NCBI RefSeq assembly: GCF_000011465.1
Contig: NC_005072.1
Span: 60,001-92,000, forward strand
Source of the DNA: Prochlorococcus marinus subsp. pastoris str. CCMP1986
GTDB lineage: Bacteria > Cyanobacteriota > Cyanobacteriia > PCC-6307 > Cyanobiaceae
Direction of reading: 5' to 3'
Length of the DNA stretch: 32,000 nucleotides
A model generated the notes under the pieces. The model made no database searches. It saw only the letters and a list, made by a program, of their open reading frames with translations, and had not been told where the DNA came from. A program made the translations under genes and the position numbers. Within the stretch, counting starts at the first letter, position 1. Each line of letters begins with the position of its first letter. Of the stretch, positions 1 to 9,045 are shown one piece after another.

Positions 1-3000
1 GAATAGTATCAATGAATAATAAAGAGAGGAGAACCCTGATTGATGAATTGGCAGGGGTAGCTCTTTTTGATAGCAGAATTGAACAAACACATTCAAAACT
101 TAATGATGTTTTTGAAAGACAAGAAAGATGCGAGATTCTAGAAAACGAACTGCAATCTAGTAAAGTAAAGCTTGAAAAAGAATGTGAAAAAGCAAAAAAA
201 TATAAAGAGTTGAAGGCAAAACTTTTTCATATTAAGGAGATTGAAAAAGTACTTTTATTCGATAAACAAGTTCAAAATATTGAATTAATTAAGAAAAAAG
301 CTATTAACTTGGATAAGAGTAAGATTTTATTTAATCAACACAAAGAATCTCTTAGTAAAGAAATACAAGTATTGCAAGATGCAATGCAAATCATGATTGC
401 AGAATTAAAAGAGAAAGGAGAAGATAACTTAATCAAAGTAAATTCTGATATTGGGAGTATAAATTCTAATTTAAGGGAATTAGAAAGAATAGCAGTTGTC
501 AATAAAGAGGAGGGCATTAAACTTCAAGATCAACGCGATAAAATTGCAATATCTAAAAAAAGTACGGAGTTAGAAAAGAATCGACAAGAGGACTTTAATT
601 ATAATTATCTAGAAAAATTGAACATCGAGATTCAAGATTTAACGTTAAAACACAAGCTATCTAGAAAAAAACTTTCTCATGCTGCAGGTGAATCAGGTGA
701 ATTTTCAAAGCAAAGTATAAAGCTTAATAATGAGTTAGAAAATTTAAAATCTTTAGTACAACCTCTTGAATCTAGTAAAAGGAATATTGAAGAGGAAATT
801 ATACAAATTAATATTCAAAGAGAAGAAATAGCATCTCAAAATGATCTTTTAAAGTTAGAAAAACAAAAACTATTAGAATTTAATCAAAATAATGAGAAAT
901 CAACGGATATAAAAAATCGTAATTTGAGCAGTATTAGATCTGAAATTGATTCTTTAAAAATTGAAATAGATCTGTTAAATAAAACTAAACTAAGGCTAAA
1001 CAACGAACAATTAAGGCTTGAAAAGGATTTATCAAGATGTGAAAGCAGAAAAGAAGCTTTAAATGAAACCAGGGGATCATATGCATTAAGAATACTTTTA
1101 GAGGCAGGTTTAGATGGTATACATGGATATGTTGCTCAATTAGGTGCCGTCAGTGAAAAGCACAGGTATGCATTGGAAATTGCAGCTGGTAATAGACTTG
1201 GACAAATAGTTGTTGATAATGACACTATTGCTTCAAAAGCTATTGAAATTCTGAAAAAAAAGAAAGCAGGCAGATTAACCTTTATTCCACTTAATAGAAT
1301 TAAAACCTATAAAAAAAATTTCGCGCTTAAAAGATTTGAGAATTTTAAAGAGAATGGATTTTTAGATAAGGCTATTAATTTAATTGATTGTGATGATGTT
1401 TATGATGATGTTTTTAAATACGTTTTTGGAGATACAGTAGTCTTTTCAGATTTAGAGTCAGCGAAATCATCTAAACAAAAAATTAGAATGGTTACTTTGA
1501 GTGGAGAACTGTTAGAAGTGAGTGGTGCAATTACAGGTGGTAGTAAAGTTAATAAAGATCTTGCTTATAGGTTCGGAACCAATAATGATATTGACGAATC
1601 TCACCCCATAAAACAAAGATTATCTACAATTGTAGAAGCTTTAAAGAAATCAGATAATGATACTTTAAATAAAACTAACAACTTGAACAAACTGAATTTT
1701 AATCAAAGGGAAATATTAGAGGATTGCGTATCTTCTAATAAAGAAATTGAAGTAAATAATAATTCTATAAAAGTTTCTATGAAAAGAATTGATGATAACA
1801 ATTTGAGGCTTAATCAGCTTAAGTCTCAAAATAATTTATTAAATGATAAGTTGGATAACATTCGAAATGAAATAAAACCATTTAAAAAAAAGTTGGATGA
1901 CTTAGAGATGATCCTTAAAAAGAATTATGAAGATAATCAAACATCCTCTTTAATGACTCATAATAATGATTTCGAAAAGTTAGATAAAAAACTTGAATTA
2001 ATGATTCAAGAGAAAGATGAATTATTAAATAAAAAGAATCAATTTGTTTTAAATCAAGAACGTATAAATAATCAATTAAATCTAATATCTCTACAAGAAA
2101 AGAATCTACAAAAATCAGTTAAAGAGCTTTCTAATGCTCATAATGAATGGATAAAGAAAAGAGATGATTATAAAAGTGAGCTTGCGAGTCTTGATGGTCA
2201 AAAATCATTGCTTGAAAAGGATCTCGGAATATTAAGAAGAAAAAGGGATGAGTTGAATTCATCTATTTCCAATAAAAGACAAGAAATAAATCAGTTGACC
2301 CTTAAGTTGGAATATCTTGAAAGAGATATAAGTTCTCTAAATGAGGAAATGCGTAGCGAAACTATCAAGTTAGAAAATTATAAAAAACAGCTACCTGATC
2401 CTTTGCCCAGCTTTGGAGAATATGAGACTATAACGCTTGATTTATTACAATCAGAGATCGTTGTGATTAATACGAAATTGGAAAGTTTAGAACCAGTAAA
2501 TATGTTGGCTTTAGATGAACTCGAGGAATTGACAGAAAGATTAAATGATTTGATAGAAAGACTGGAAGTTTTATCTAATGAAAGATCGGAGTTGTTATTA
2601 AGAATAGAAACTGTTTCAACTATGCGACAAGAAGCATTTATGCAGGCATTCATAGAGGTTGATAAGCATTTTAGAGAGATCTTTGCCAATTTATCAGATG
2701 GAGATGGGTTCCTTCAGCTCGAAAATCCAGAAGCTCCTTTAGAGGGAGGTTTAACTTTAGTGGCTCATCCTAAAGGAAAAAACGTTAGAAGATTAGCTTC
2801 AATGTCGGGGGGTGAGAAATCATTAACGGCCCTAAGTTTTTTATTTGCTTTGCAAAAATATAAGCCTTCTCCCTTTTATGCATTAGATGAAGTAGATAGT
2901 TTTTTAGATGGTATTAACGTTGAAAGATTATCAAAATTAATAACAAGTCAGTCATCAAATGCTCAATTTATAGTCGTAAGCCATAGAAGACCTATGATAA

Positions 3001-3080
3001 GTGCATCTGAACGAACAATTGGTGTTGCTCAAGCAAGAGGTGCTAATACTCAAGTTGTTGGATTACCAAATGCTGCATAA
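1..3080 (+). CDS. smc: Chromosome segregation protein SMC, partial (N-terminal Walker A region lies upstream of the window)
   Basis: The frame is open from base 3 (IVSMNNKERRTLIDELAGV). Coiled coils flank a hinge (GLDGIHGYVAQLGAV...AGRLTFIPL). C-terminal ABC signature LSGGEKSLTALSFLFAL and Walker B-like FYALDEVDSFLDGINV. Confidence 0.96.
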   Translation, partial: IVSMNNKERRTLIDELAGVALFDSRIEQTHSKLNDVFERQERCEILENELQSSKVKLEKECEKAKKYKELKAKLFHIKEIEKVLLFDKQVQNIELIKKKAINLDKSKILFNQHKESLSKEIQVLQDAMQIMIAELKEKGEDNLIKVNSDIGSINSNLRELERIAVVNKEEGIKLQDQRDKIAISKKSTELEKNRQEDFNYNYLEKLNIEIQDLTLKHKLSRKKLSHAAGESGEFSKQSIKLNNELENLKSLVQPLESSKRNIEEEIIQINIQREEIASQNDLLKLEKQKLLEFNQNNEKSTDIKNRNLSSIRSEIDSLKIEIDLLNKTKLRLNNEQLRLEKDLSRCESRKEALNETRGSYALRILLEAGLDGIHGYVAQLGAVSEKHRYALEIAAGNRLGQIVVDNDTIASKAIEILKKKKAGRLTFIPLNRIKTYKKNFALKRFENFKENGFLDKAINLIDCDDVYDDVFKYVFGDTVVFSDLESAKSSKQKIRMVTLSGELLEVSGAITGGSKVNKDLAYRFGTNNDIDESHPIKQRLSTIVEALKKSDNDTLNKTNNLNKLNFNQREILEDCVSSNKEIEVNNNSIKVSMKRIDDNNLRLNQLKSQNNLLNDKLDNIRNEIKPFKKKLDDLEMILKKNYEDNQTSSLMTHNNDFEKLDKKLELMIQEKDELLNKKNQFVLNQERINNQLNLISLQEKNLQKSVKELSNAHNEWIKKRDDYKSELASLDGQKSLLEKDLGILRRKRDELNSSISNKRQEINQLTLKLEYLERDISSLNEEMRSETIKLENYKKQLPDPLPSFGEYETITLDLLQSEIVVINTKLESLEPVNMLALDELEELTERLNDLIERLEVLSNERSELLLRIETVSTMRQEAFMQAFIEVDKHFREIFANLSDGDGFLQLENPEAPLEGGLTLVAHPKGKNVRRLASMSGGEKSLTALSFLFALQKYKPSPFYALDEVDSFLDGINVERLSKLITSQSSNAQFIVVSHRRPMISASERTIGVAQARGANTQVVGLPNAA

Positions 3081-3125
3081 TCACACTTTTTTATATTTTT
3101 ACGTCAGAATGTCAGAAAGATATTA

Positions 3126-4148
3126 ATGAGTTTGTCCAACACATCCACAAATAATAATGGCCGCAATTCTGTACCTAGCGAACGTCTATGGTTAAGATCG
3201 GAACTTATGGGGACCCAAGTCATTACTACTGATACTGGCAGGAGATTAGGAGTTGTAGGTGAAGTTGTTGTTGATATTGATAGAAGAGAGGTAGTTGCTT
3301 TAGGTCTGAGAGATAATCCTCTTACAAGATTTTTGCCAGGTTTACCTAAATGGATGCCTCTTGAAAGCATAAAGCAGGTTGGCGATGTAATTTTAGTGGA
3401 TTCTTTAGATTCTTTGAGCGACGGTTTTTCTCCTGAAAGATATGGGAAAGTTATAAATTGCCAGGTAATTACGGAATCTGGTCAGCTTCTTGGAAGAGTT
3501 CTTGGATTTTCTTTCGATATTGAGACGGGGGATTTAATTTCTCTTGTGATGGGTGCAGTAGGAGTTCCTCTTTTAGGTGAAGGCGTTCTAAGCACTTGGG
3601 AAATTCCTGTAGATGAGATAGTCAGTAGTGGTACTGACAGAATAATTGTTTATGAAGGAGCTGAGGAAAAACTAAATCAGTTAAGTAGTGGATTACTCGA
3701 GAAACTTGGGGTCGGTGGCTCTTCTTGGGAAGAAAGGGAAGCTAATAGATATACAGCAAATCTTGTTCCAGTGGAGAATCAGCTATTGTCAGGTTCTGAA
3801 TCAGAAGAACAAAATAATTTTATGGAAGAAATTAAAGAAGAAGAATTTATAGAAGAAGAAGAGTATGAAGAAGAACTGGAATATGTAGAAATCGAAACCA
3901 CAAAAGAAAAAATAAATAATAAAAAACAACTTTATTTGGATAATGACTCCTCTGAACAATTAGACAATCAAACTGATGAAGAAAATACGACAGAATTTGC
4001 TGTTCAAAGGCCATCTATATCTAATCGAGCTTCAAAGAGACCTATTCAAAGGTCACAAGAACCTTTAGATATTGAACCTGTTGAAGAGAAAAAAACAATT
4101 ATAGAAAATCCTCAATCAGAATCTGTAGAAATTGATGATCCTTGGTAA
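3126..4148 (+). CDS. PRC-barrel domain protein, apparently two tandem PRC-barrel repeats plus an acidic disordered tail
   Basis: Two related segments: LWLRSELMGTQVITTDTGRRLGVVGEVVVDIDRREVVAL and YGKVINCQVITESGQLLGRVLGFSFDIETGDLISLVM. Glu-rich C-terminus. Confidence 0.8.
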   Translation: MSLSNTSTNNNGRNSVPSERLWLRSELMGTQVITTDTGRRLGVVGEVVVDIDRREVVALGLRDNPLTRFLPGLPKWMPLESIKQVGDVILVDSLDSLSDGFSPERYGKVINCQVITESGQLLGRVLGFSFDIETGDLISLVMGAVGVPLLGEGVLSTWEIPVDEIVSSGTDRIIVYEGAEEKLNQLSSGLLEKLGVGGSSWEEREANRYTANLVPVENQLLSGSESEEQNNFMEEIKEEEFIEEEEYEEELEYVEIETTKEKINNKKQLYLDNDSSEQLDNQTDEENTTEFAVQRPSISNRASKRPIQRSQEPLDIEPVEEKKTIIENPQSESVEIDDPW

Positions 4149-4159
4149 TTATTTAGTAA

Positions 4160-5428
4160 TTAACTGAATTTTTTGATCGAATTAAAAATTATGTAAGCTA
4201 ATTTTTTAACTGCACCAGTTTTCCCTCGTTGTTTTGATAAATTATCTTTTTGCTCACTTAAATAATTTTTATTTTTTATCAGAAATATAGCTTCATTAGC
4301 GATTTGTTTTGGTGAAATGTTTCCTATTCTTTCTGGAATAATTAACTTGTTAGCTTTTATATTTGGCCATGAAAAAAATTTTTTCTGCTTTAAGTACCAA
4401 TTTTTAATTATAAAAGTGAAGAATTTATTGATAAAAGAAATTTTACCAAGTATTCCGAAGATACCGTCCCAAGCGTTCATTACATTCAAATGTTGGGTGG
4501 GTAGAACAACTATCATGGGTAAAGTAAGTGAAGCTAATTCAGCAGTATTTGCTCCAACTGTAGTAATTGCAAGATCACATTTTTTTAGTACTTCATAGCA
4601 AGGGTGTTTATTAATTAAATAAATTTTTGTATTATTTGAGGTTTCAATAACATAGTCAAAAACGGAATTTTTAATTTGTTTAATTTGTTTAATTTTGGAT
4701 GAATAATATTTTGATATAGGATTCTTATTACTTTGAAAGAATAAATATTCGCTTGTACTTGTAGTTGGTGCTATGGGAATAATAAAGTTAATATTTTTAT
4801 TATTTTTATTAATATGATCAGCCATTTCAAGAAAGAAAGGAATACCCACCATGAGCTTTGCTTTTTTAGAACCTGGTAGTAAAGCAATCCACTTTTTTTC
4901 TTCAAGATTTAAAGCAATTTCTTTTTTATTCGTAATGTCTGCCATTAAATCGCCAATAATTTTACATTTATATCTATATTTTGAAGGAATGCTTTTCTTA
5001 ACGTTTTTATTCATTGCTGCAATTACATTGTTCCAACGTGGCCATCTTGAAATCCATTCAGCATATGTGATGTTGATATAACCTAATCTTTTTGCTAACA
5101 AAACACTCCAAAATTGATCACCTCCAAGAAAAATAACGATCCCCTTTTTAGGCCATTTTGCATATTGAGCAGGCCTGATTAACAATTTCCAAAAAGTCTT
5201 TGCTTCTGTAACTAATTCAAATTTGTGCCAAGATTTAGCAACTTCATATTCTTTACCAGTAGCATTTGGACACGGTACTAAAACTAATCTTATTGAGTAA
5301 TTCAGTTTATCAATATTTTTCGAAGTATCATTTATCTTATTTAGATAATCCACTACAGGCCTCACCCACGTTGATAATTCCCCAGGCCCATTAGTGATAA
5401 TTACAACTGCAATTGATTTTTCTTTCAT
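4160..5428 (-). CDS. Lipid-A-disaccharide synthase-related / GT19-like glycosyltransferase-like protein
   Basis: ORF with ITNGPGELSTWVRPVVDYL near the N-terminus, then IALLPGSKKAKLMVGIPFFLEMAD and a late CDLAITTVGANTAELASLTLPMIVVLP segment, resembling the LpxB fold. Start trimmed from 5554 to the ATG at 5428 (alternative 5449) because the upstream part is tRNA. Confidence 0.6.
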   Translation of the reverse strand: MKEKSIAVVIITNGPGELSTWVRPVVDYLNKINDTSKNIDKLNYSIRLVLVPCPNATGKEYEVAKSWHKFELVTEAKTFWKLLIRPAQYAKWPKKGIVIFLGGDQFWSVLLAKRLGYINITYAEWISRWPRWNNVIAAMNKNVKKSIPSKYRYKCKIIGDLMADITNKKEIALNLEEKKWIALLPGSKKAKLMVGIPFFLEMADHINKNNKNINFIIPIAPTTSTSEYLFFQSNKNPISKYYSSKIKQIKQIKNSVFDYVIETSNNTKIYLINKHPCYEVLKKCDLAITTVGANTAELASLTLPMIVVLPTQHLNVMNAWDGIFGILGKISFINKFFTFIIKNWYLKQKKFFSWPNIKANKLIIPERIGNISPKQIANEAIFLIKNKNYLSEQKDNLSKQRGKTGAVKKLAYIIFNSIKKFS

Positions 5429-5453
5429 TGCAGTCAATCCAAGATACATTAAA

Positions 5454-5535
5454 TGCGGACGGCGAGACTTGAACTCGCAAGGCCTAAGCCACACGCTCCT
5501 TAGACGTGCGCGTCTACCAATTCCGCCACGTCCGC
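5454..5535 (-). tRNA. tRNA-Leu, anticodon read as AAG; no CCA encoded
   Basis: Minus strand: GCGGACGTGGCGGAATTGGTAGACGCGCACGTCTAAGGAGCGTGTGGCTTAGGCCTTGCGAGTTCAAGTCTCGCCGTCCGCA. Acceptor stem GCGGACG/CGTCCGC, anticodon arm CACGT-CTAAGGA-GCGTG, long variable arm (class II), T arm GCGAG-TTCAAGT-CTCGC. Confidence 0.95.
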
Positions 5536-5840
5536 AAAGGGTTTTCGAGCACAAGGGTGTTCTTAAACCACTAAGTTATCATACATTAATCGCATTAATT
5601 TGCGATAATATTTTGTTAATCTGCTCGGTTTAAATATTTAAAAGATGTATTTTATATAACTTAGTTTTAAATACTTAAAATGACTGATTTTTTCTATTGC
5701 ATAAATAAATAATTATCCACATATAACGTTTTAGGTTGTATTGTTAATCAATGCATTCTTGAAATTCAAAAATTTTATTGAATACTTTTTAAAGTAATTT
5801 CAATTTAAATTAATTTTTATTTCTTCAATTTAATTTTGTA

Positions 5841-7190
5841 ATGGTTGAAAAAGTTTTAATTGCTAATCGTGGAGAAATAGCTTTACGAATTATCAGAAGT
5901 TGTAGAGAGCTTGATATTGCAACTGTTGCTGTTTATAGCACCGTAGATAAAAAGGCATTGCATGTGCAATTAGCAGATGAAGCAGTTTGCGTTGGAGACT
6001 CACTAAGTAACAAGAGTTATTTAAATATTCCTAATATCTTAGCTGCTGCTACATCAAGAGGAGTTGATGCTATTCATCCAGGTTATGGTTTTCTTGCGGA
6101 GAACGATAAATTTGCAGAAATGTGTAACGATCATGGTATAACTTTCATTGGTCCATCTCCCAATGCTATTAGATCAATGGGAGACAAATCTACTGCTAAA
6201 GAGACAATGGAGAGAGTCGGAGTACCAACTGTTCCTGGAAGCAAAGGTTTATTATCGAGTGTCGAGGAGGCCTACGAAATGGCCCAAGAGATTGGATATC
6301 CCGTCATAATAAAAGCCACAGCTGGAGGAGGAGGTAGAGGAATGAGATTGGTTGAAAATAAGGCTAATTTAGAAAAAATGTTTAAAGCAGCCCAAGGAGA
6401 AGCAGAAGCGGCATTTGGAAATGATGGTTTATATATGGAGAAATTTATAAAAAAGCCAAGACATGTAGAAATTCAAATCCTTGCTGACAGGTCAGGTAAT
6501 GTGGTTCATTTAGGAGAGAGAGATTGTTCTGTACAAAGGAGGCACCAAAAATTATTAGAGGAGTCTCCCAGTCCAGCTATAAACTATTCTCTTAGAAAAA
6601 AAATGGGTAATGCAGCCATTGCTGCTGCAAAAAGTATTAGTTATGAAGGGGCGGGAACTGTTGAATTTTTAGTAGATGATGATAATAATTTTTACTTTAT
6701 GGAGATGAATACCAGGATTCAAGTGGAACACCCCGTAACTGAAATGGTTACTGGTGTTGATCTAATTGCTGAACAAATCAAAATAGCTGGAGGTGACAAT
6801 TTAGGATTTACTCAAGATGATATTCAATTAAATGGACATGCTATTGAATGCAGAATTAATGCGGAAGATCCTTCACATAATTTTCGCCCATCTCCCGGTA
6901 AAATAACTGGATGGCTGCCTCCAGGGGGCCCTGGAGTGAGGGTTGATAGTCATGTTTATACTGGTTATGAAATACCGCCATTTTATGATTCACTTATAGG
7001 TAAATTAATAGTCTGGGGTAAAGATCGTAATACTGCTATTAAAAGAATGAATAGAGCTTTAAATGAATGCGCTGTAACAGGAATTCCAACAACAATTAAC
7101 TTTCATTTATCTCTTCTCAATAAAAGGAAATTTATGGAAGGCAAAATTCATACTAAATACGTTGAGGAAGAATTATTACCTAACTATTAA
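5841..7190 (+). CDS. accC: Acetyl-CoA carboxylase, biotin carboxylase subunit
   Basis: [29 protein letters not shown]-grasp glycine-rich loop [32 protein letters not shown]. Confidence 0.97.
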   Translation: MVEKVLIANRGEIALRIIRSCRELDIATVAVYSTVDKKALHVQLADEAVCVGDSLSNKSYLNIPNILAAATSRGVDAIHPGYGFLAENDKFAEMCNDHGITFIGPSPNAIRSMGDKSTAKETMERVGVPTVPGSKGLLSSVEEAYEMAQEIGYPVIIKATAGGGGRGMRLVENKANLEKMFKAAQGEAEAAFGNDGLYMEKFIKKPRHVEIQILADRSGNVVHLGERDCSVQRRHQKLLEESPSPAINYSLRKKMGNAAIAAAKSISYEGAGTVEFLVDDDNNFYFMEMNTRIQVEHPVTEMVTGVDLIAEQIKIAGGDNLGFTQDDIQLNGHAIECRINAEDPSHNFRPSPGKITGWLPPGGPGVRVDSHVYTGYEIPPFYDSLIGKLIVWGKDRNTAIKRMNRALNECAVTGIPTTINFHLSLLNKRKFMEGKIHTKYVEEELLPNY

Positions 7191-7207
7191 TGGAATATAA
7201 TGCCTTC

Positions 7208-7513
7208 TTAACTTATACTTTTTAGAATGGCTAATTTGATTAAACCTTGTTGACCAACTAATATTTCTCTTAGAAAACTTATTATTCCTATCCAAATCAC
7301 TGGGCCAACATCGACGCCCCCAATGGGAGGAATCAATTTTCTCGTAACGTTTAAAATAGAACTTGTTGGAATTGCAATTAATAACCAAAAACCTTTATTT
7401 AAATCAACTTTTGGGTACCAAGTTAAAATTAATCTTATTAAAAAGACTAGGGTTAAAAATGATAAAAGGATTCCTAGTGTAAGATCTAAAGCATGTAAAT
7501 AGTTTTGAGACAA
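7208..7513 (-). CDS. YggT family (Ycf19-like) small membrane protein
   Basis: 101 aa, hydrophobic segments with LIRLILTWYPKVDLNKG and a second hydrophobic half ending in an ILVGQQGL segment, typical of the YggT/Ycf19 family. Confidence 0.8.
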   Translation of the reverse strand: MSQNYLHALDLTLGILLSFLTLVFLIRLILTWYPKVDLNKGFWLLIAIPTSSILNVTRKLIPPIGGVDVGPVIWIGIISFLREILVGQQGLIKLAILKSIS

Positions 7514-7603
7514 TGAAATAACAATTGTTTAATCCATCTTAATAAATAACCCATAAGTTAGGATTTAATTCGTATTATAAATTCAGAATTTAATTTTAAA
7601 AAA

Positions 7604-7792
7604 GTGATTCAAATTTCAAATCTAATATTAGCGGCTGATGTTTCCCCAGAAGTGGCTGGTAGTTCGGGCTTCAATATGATAGCGAGTTTCTTCGCTGCAG
7701 CTTTACTTATAGTTATTCCAGCAGCAGCTTTTTTGATCTTTGTTAGCCAAAAAGATTCACTTGAACGTACTTCAGCTACACGTAGACGCTAG
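7604..7792 (+). CDS. psbX: Photosystem II reaction centre PsbX protein
   Basis: GTG-start ORF of 62 aa with one transmembrane helix, [40 protein letters not shown]. Lies next to the Ycf66 gene. Confidence 0.85.
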   Translation: MIQISNLILAADVSPEVAGSSGFNMIASFFAAALLIVIPAAAFLIFVSQKDSLERTSATRRR

Positions 7793-7869
7793 TTTTTATA
7801 AAAGTTTTAAGTAAACTATATATAAAGGTGTTTTATTGCACCTTAAAAAATAAGTTTTGGAGAAAAAAA

Positions 7870-8802
7870 GTGGTCAATGCTAGTCTAAATTGGGCGAGTA
7901 TTGTAGGCATCGTACTAGCTGTATGTGGAGGTGGCCTATATTTTTTGAGGTCATTTAAACCTGCGCTGGCAAGAGATTATGATGTTTTCTTTGCGGCAAT
8001 AGGTCTTTTATGTGGAGGAATATTATTTTTTCAAGGATGGAGATTAGATCCTATTTTGCAATTTGGGCAGTTTTTATTAGCAGGAACGACGGTATTCTTT
8101 GCGTATGAAAGTGTTCGACTAAGAGGTGTTGCCACTGATCAAGCAAGAAGATCTTCTTATTTTGAAGATGATCAGATTCCAGATATGCCTAGAAATTCTT
8201 CCAGAAATAGATTTAATGATGATTATAATCAATTTGAGGATTCTGATAGACCTTCTAGAAGATTCAAACCTCAAGATGATGATTTAGAAGATGATTACAT
8301 GGAAGCTAGATCGCAAAGGAGAAATATATCAAGAGCTATTCCTGAATCTGCAGTCAGCAGGAGGCGTCCTTCTTTAAGAGAGTCTAATCAATTTGAGAAT
8401 GAAGAACCTAAGAGAAGAAGAAATCGGTCTGAAGATAATAGGATGAGTAATGAAGATAGAAGAGCAAGTTTTGGAGAAAGAAGATCATCAAGAAGTGAAA
8501 TTAAAAGAGGCTCTCGGCCATTATCTAATCAAGAAGTTTCTAGAAAATCAAATAATTCCTCTCTTAAGGATGCTTCTACCTCCTCTAATAAACCAACAAG
8601 GTCATCTATCAGATCTCAGACTTCAACAGAAAAAGTAGAAGATGCATCATTTTCTACAAATATCAATGAAGTAAAAAAGCCTCGTCAAGCAAGAAGCTCA
8701 GCAGCTAGTGCAAGATCAACCTCTAAAAATAAAACTGGAAGGTATACTGTGGGAACAAAAAAAAATAAACCCAGAGATAATAGTTCTAGATTTGATGACT
8801 AA
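7870..8802 (+). CDS. ycf66: Ycf66 family protein with a long Arg/Ser-rich C-terminal tail
   Basis: VVNASLNWASIVGIVLAVCGGGLYFLRSFKPALARDYDVFFAAIGLLCGGILFFQGWRLDPILQFGQFLLAG. The in-frame GTG at 7870 gives the expected MVN-like start, so the 7828 start in the track is probably too long. Confidence 0.85.
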   Translation: MVNASLNWASIVGIVLAVCGGGLYFLRSFKPALARDYDVFFAAIGLLCGGILFFQGWRLDPILQFGQFLLAGTTVFFAYESVRLRGVATDQARRSSYFEDDQIPDMPRNSSRNRFNDDYNQFEDSDRPSRRFKPQDDDLEDDYMEARSQRRNISRAIPESAVSRRRPSLRESNQFENEEPKRRRNRSEDNRMSNEDRRASFGERRSSRSEIKRGSRPLSNQEVSRKSNNSSLKDASTSSNKPTRSSIRSQTSTEKVEDASFSTNINEVKKPRQARSSAASARSTSKNKTGRYTVGTKKNKPRDNSSRFDD

Positions 8803-9036
8803 TTAAAATATCCCAGCCCAATTTAGAAATGATTTTTGACTTATTAATTCAATTAAAATAATTGCTAAAAAACCGAGCATTGCAAATCTTCCATTTGTTA
8901 TTTCTGAATAATTGCTCCATCCAAACTCATATCTATCTTCAATTTCAATTGATTGTTCCTCAATTTTAATTTCTTCAGAATTTGTTTTTTCTAGTTCCAT
9001 AGCTTCCTGATTATTTTGTTCTTGATTTGAAGTCAT
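8803..9036 (-). CDS. hli: High-light-inducible protein (Hli/Scp, one-helix CAB-like)
   Basis: 77 aa; chlorophyll-binding helix signature SEITNGRFAMLGFLAIILIEL (ExxxGRxAMxG type). Confidence 0.9.
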   Translation of the reverse strand: MTSNQEQNNQEAMELEKTNSEEIKIEEQSIEIEDRYEFGWSNYSEITNGRFAMLGFLAIILIELISQKSFLNWAGIF

Positions 9037-9045
9037 GATTGTAAT

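Noticed and set aside
335-517. Minus-strand ORF inside smc (also 2378-2689)
   Set aside because: Antisense shadow of a strongly supported coiled-coil gene; no domain signature.
4317-4598. Plus-strand ORFs inside the LpxB-like gene (also 4851-5081)
   Set aside because: Shadows of the longer minus-strand ORF that has recognisable glycosyltransferase-like motifs.
5450-5554. N-terminal 35 aa of the 464-aa minus-strand ORF (MCSKTLCGRGGIGRRARLRSVWLRPCEFKSRRPHL)
   Set aside because: It is translation through the tRNA-Leu gene. GGIGRRARLRSV and CEFKSRRPH are typical products of reading a tRNA in frame. The CDS was trimmed to 5428.
5394-5633. 79-aa minus-strand ORF overlapping the tRNA
   Set aside because: It runs through the tRNA and into the intergenic region, with no recognisable domain.
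5536-5840. 300-nt gap between the tRNA-Leu and accC as a possible ncRNA or hidden gene
   Set aside because: Only a weak CGCA...TGCG inverted repeat and AT-rich sequence. No ORF or structure strong enough to claim; most likely the accC promoter region.
7828-7869. Upstream part of the track's Ycf66 ORF (MFYCTLKNKFWRKK)
   Set aside because: Does not resemble a Ycf66 N-terminus. The GTG at 7870 starts MVNASLNWASIVG as expected.
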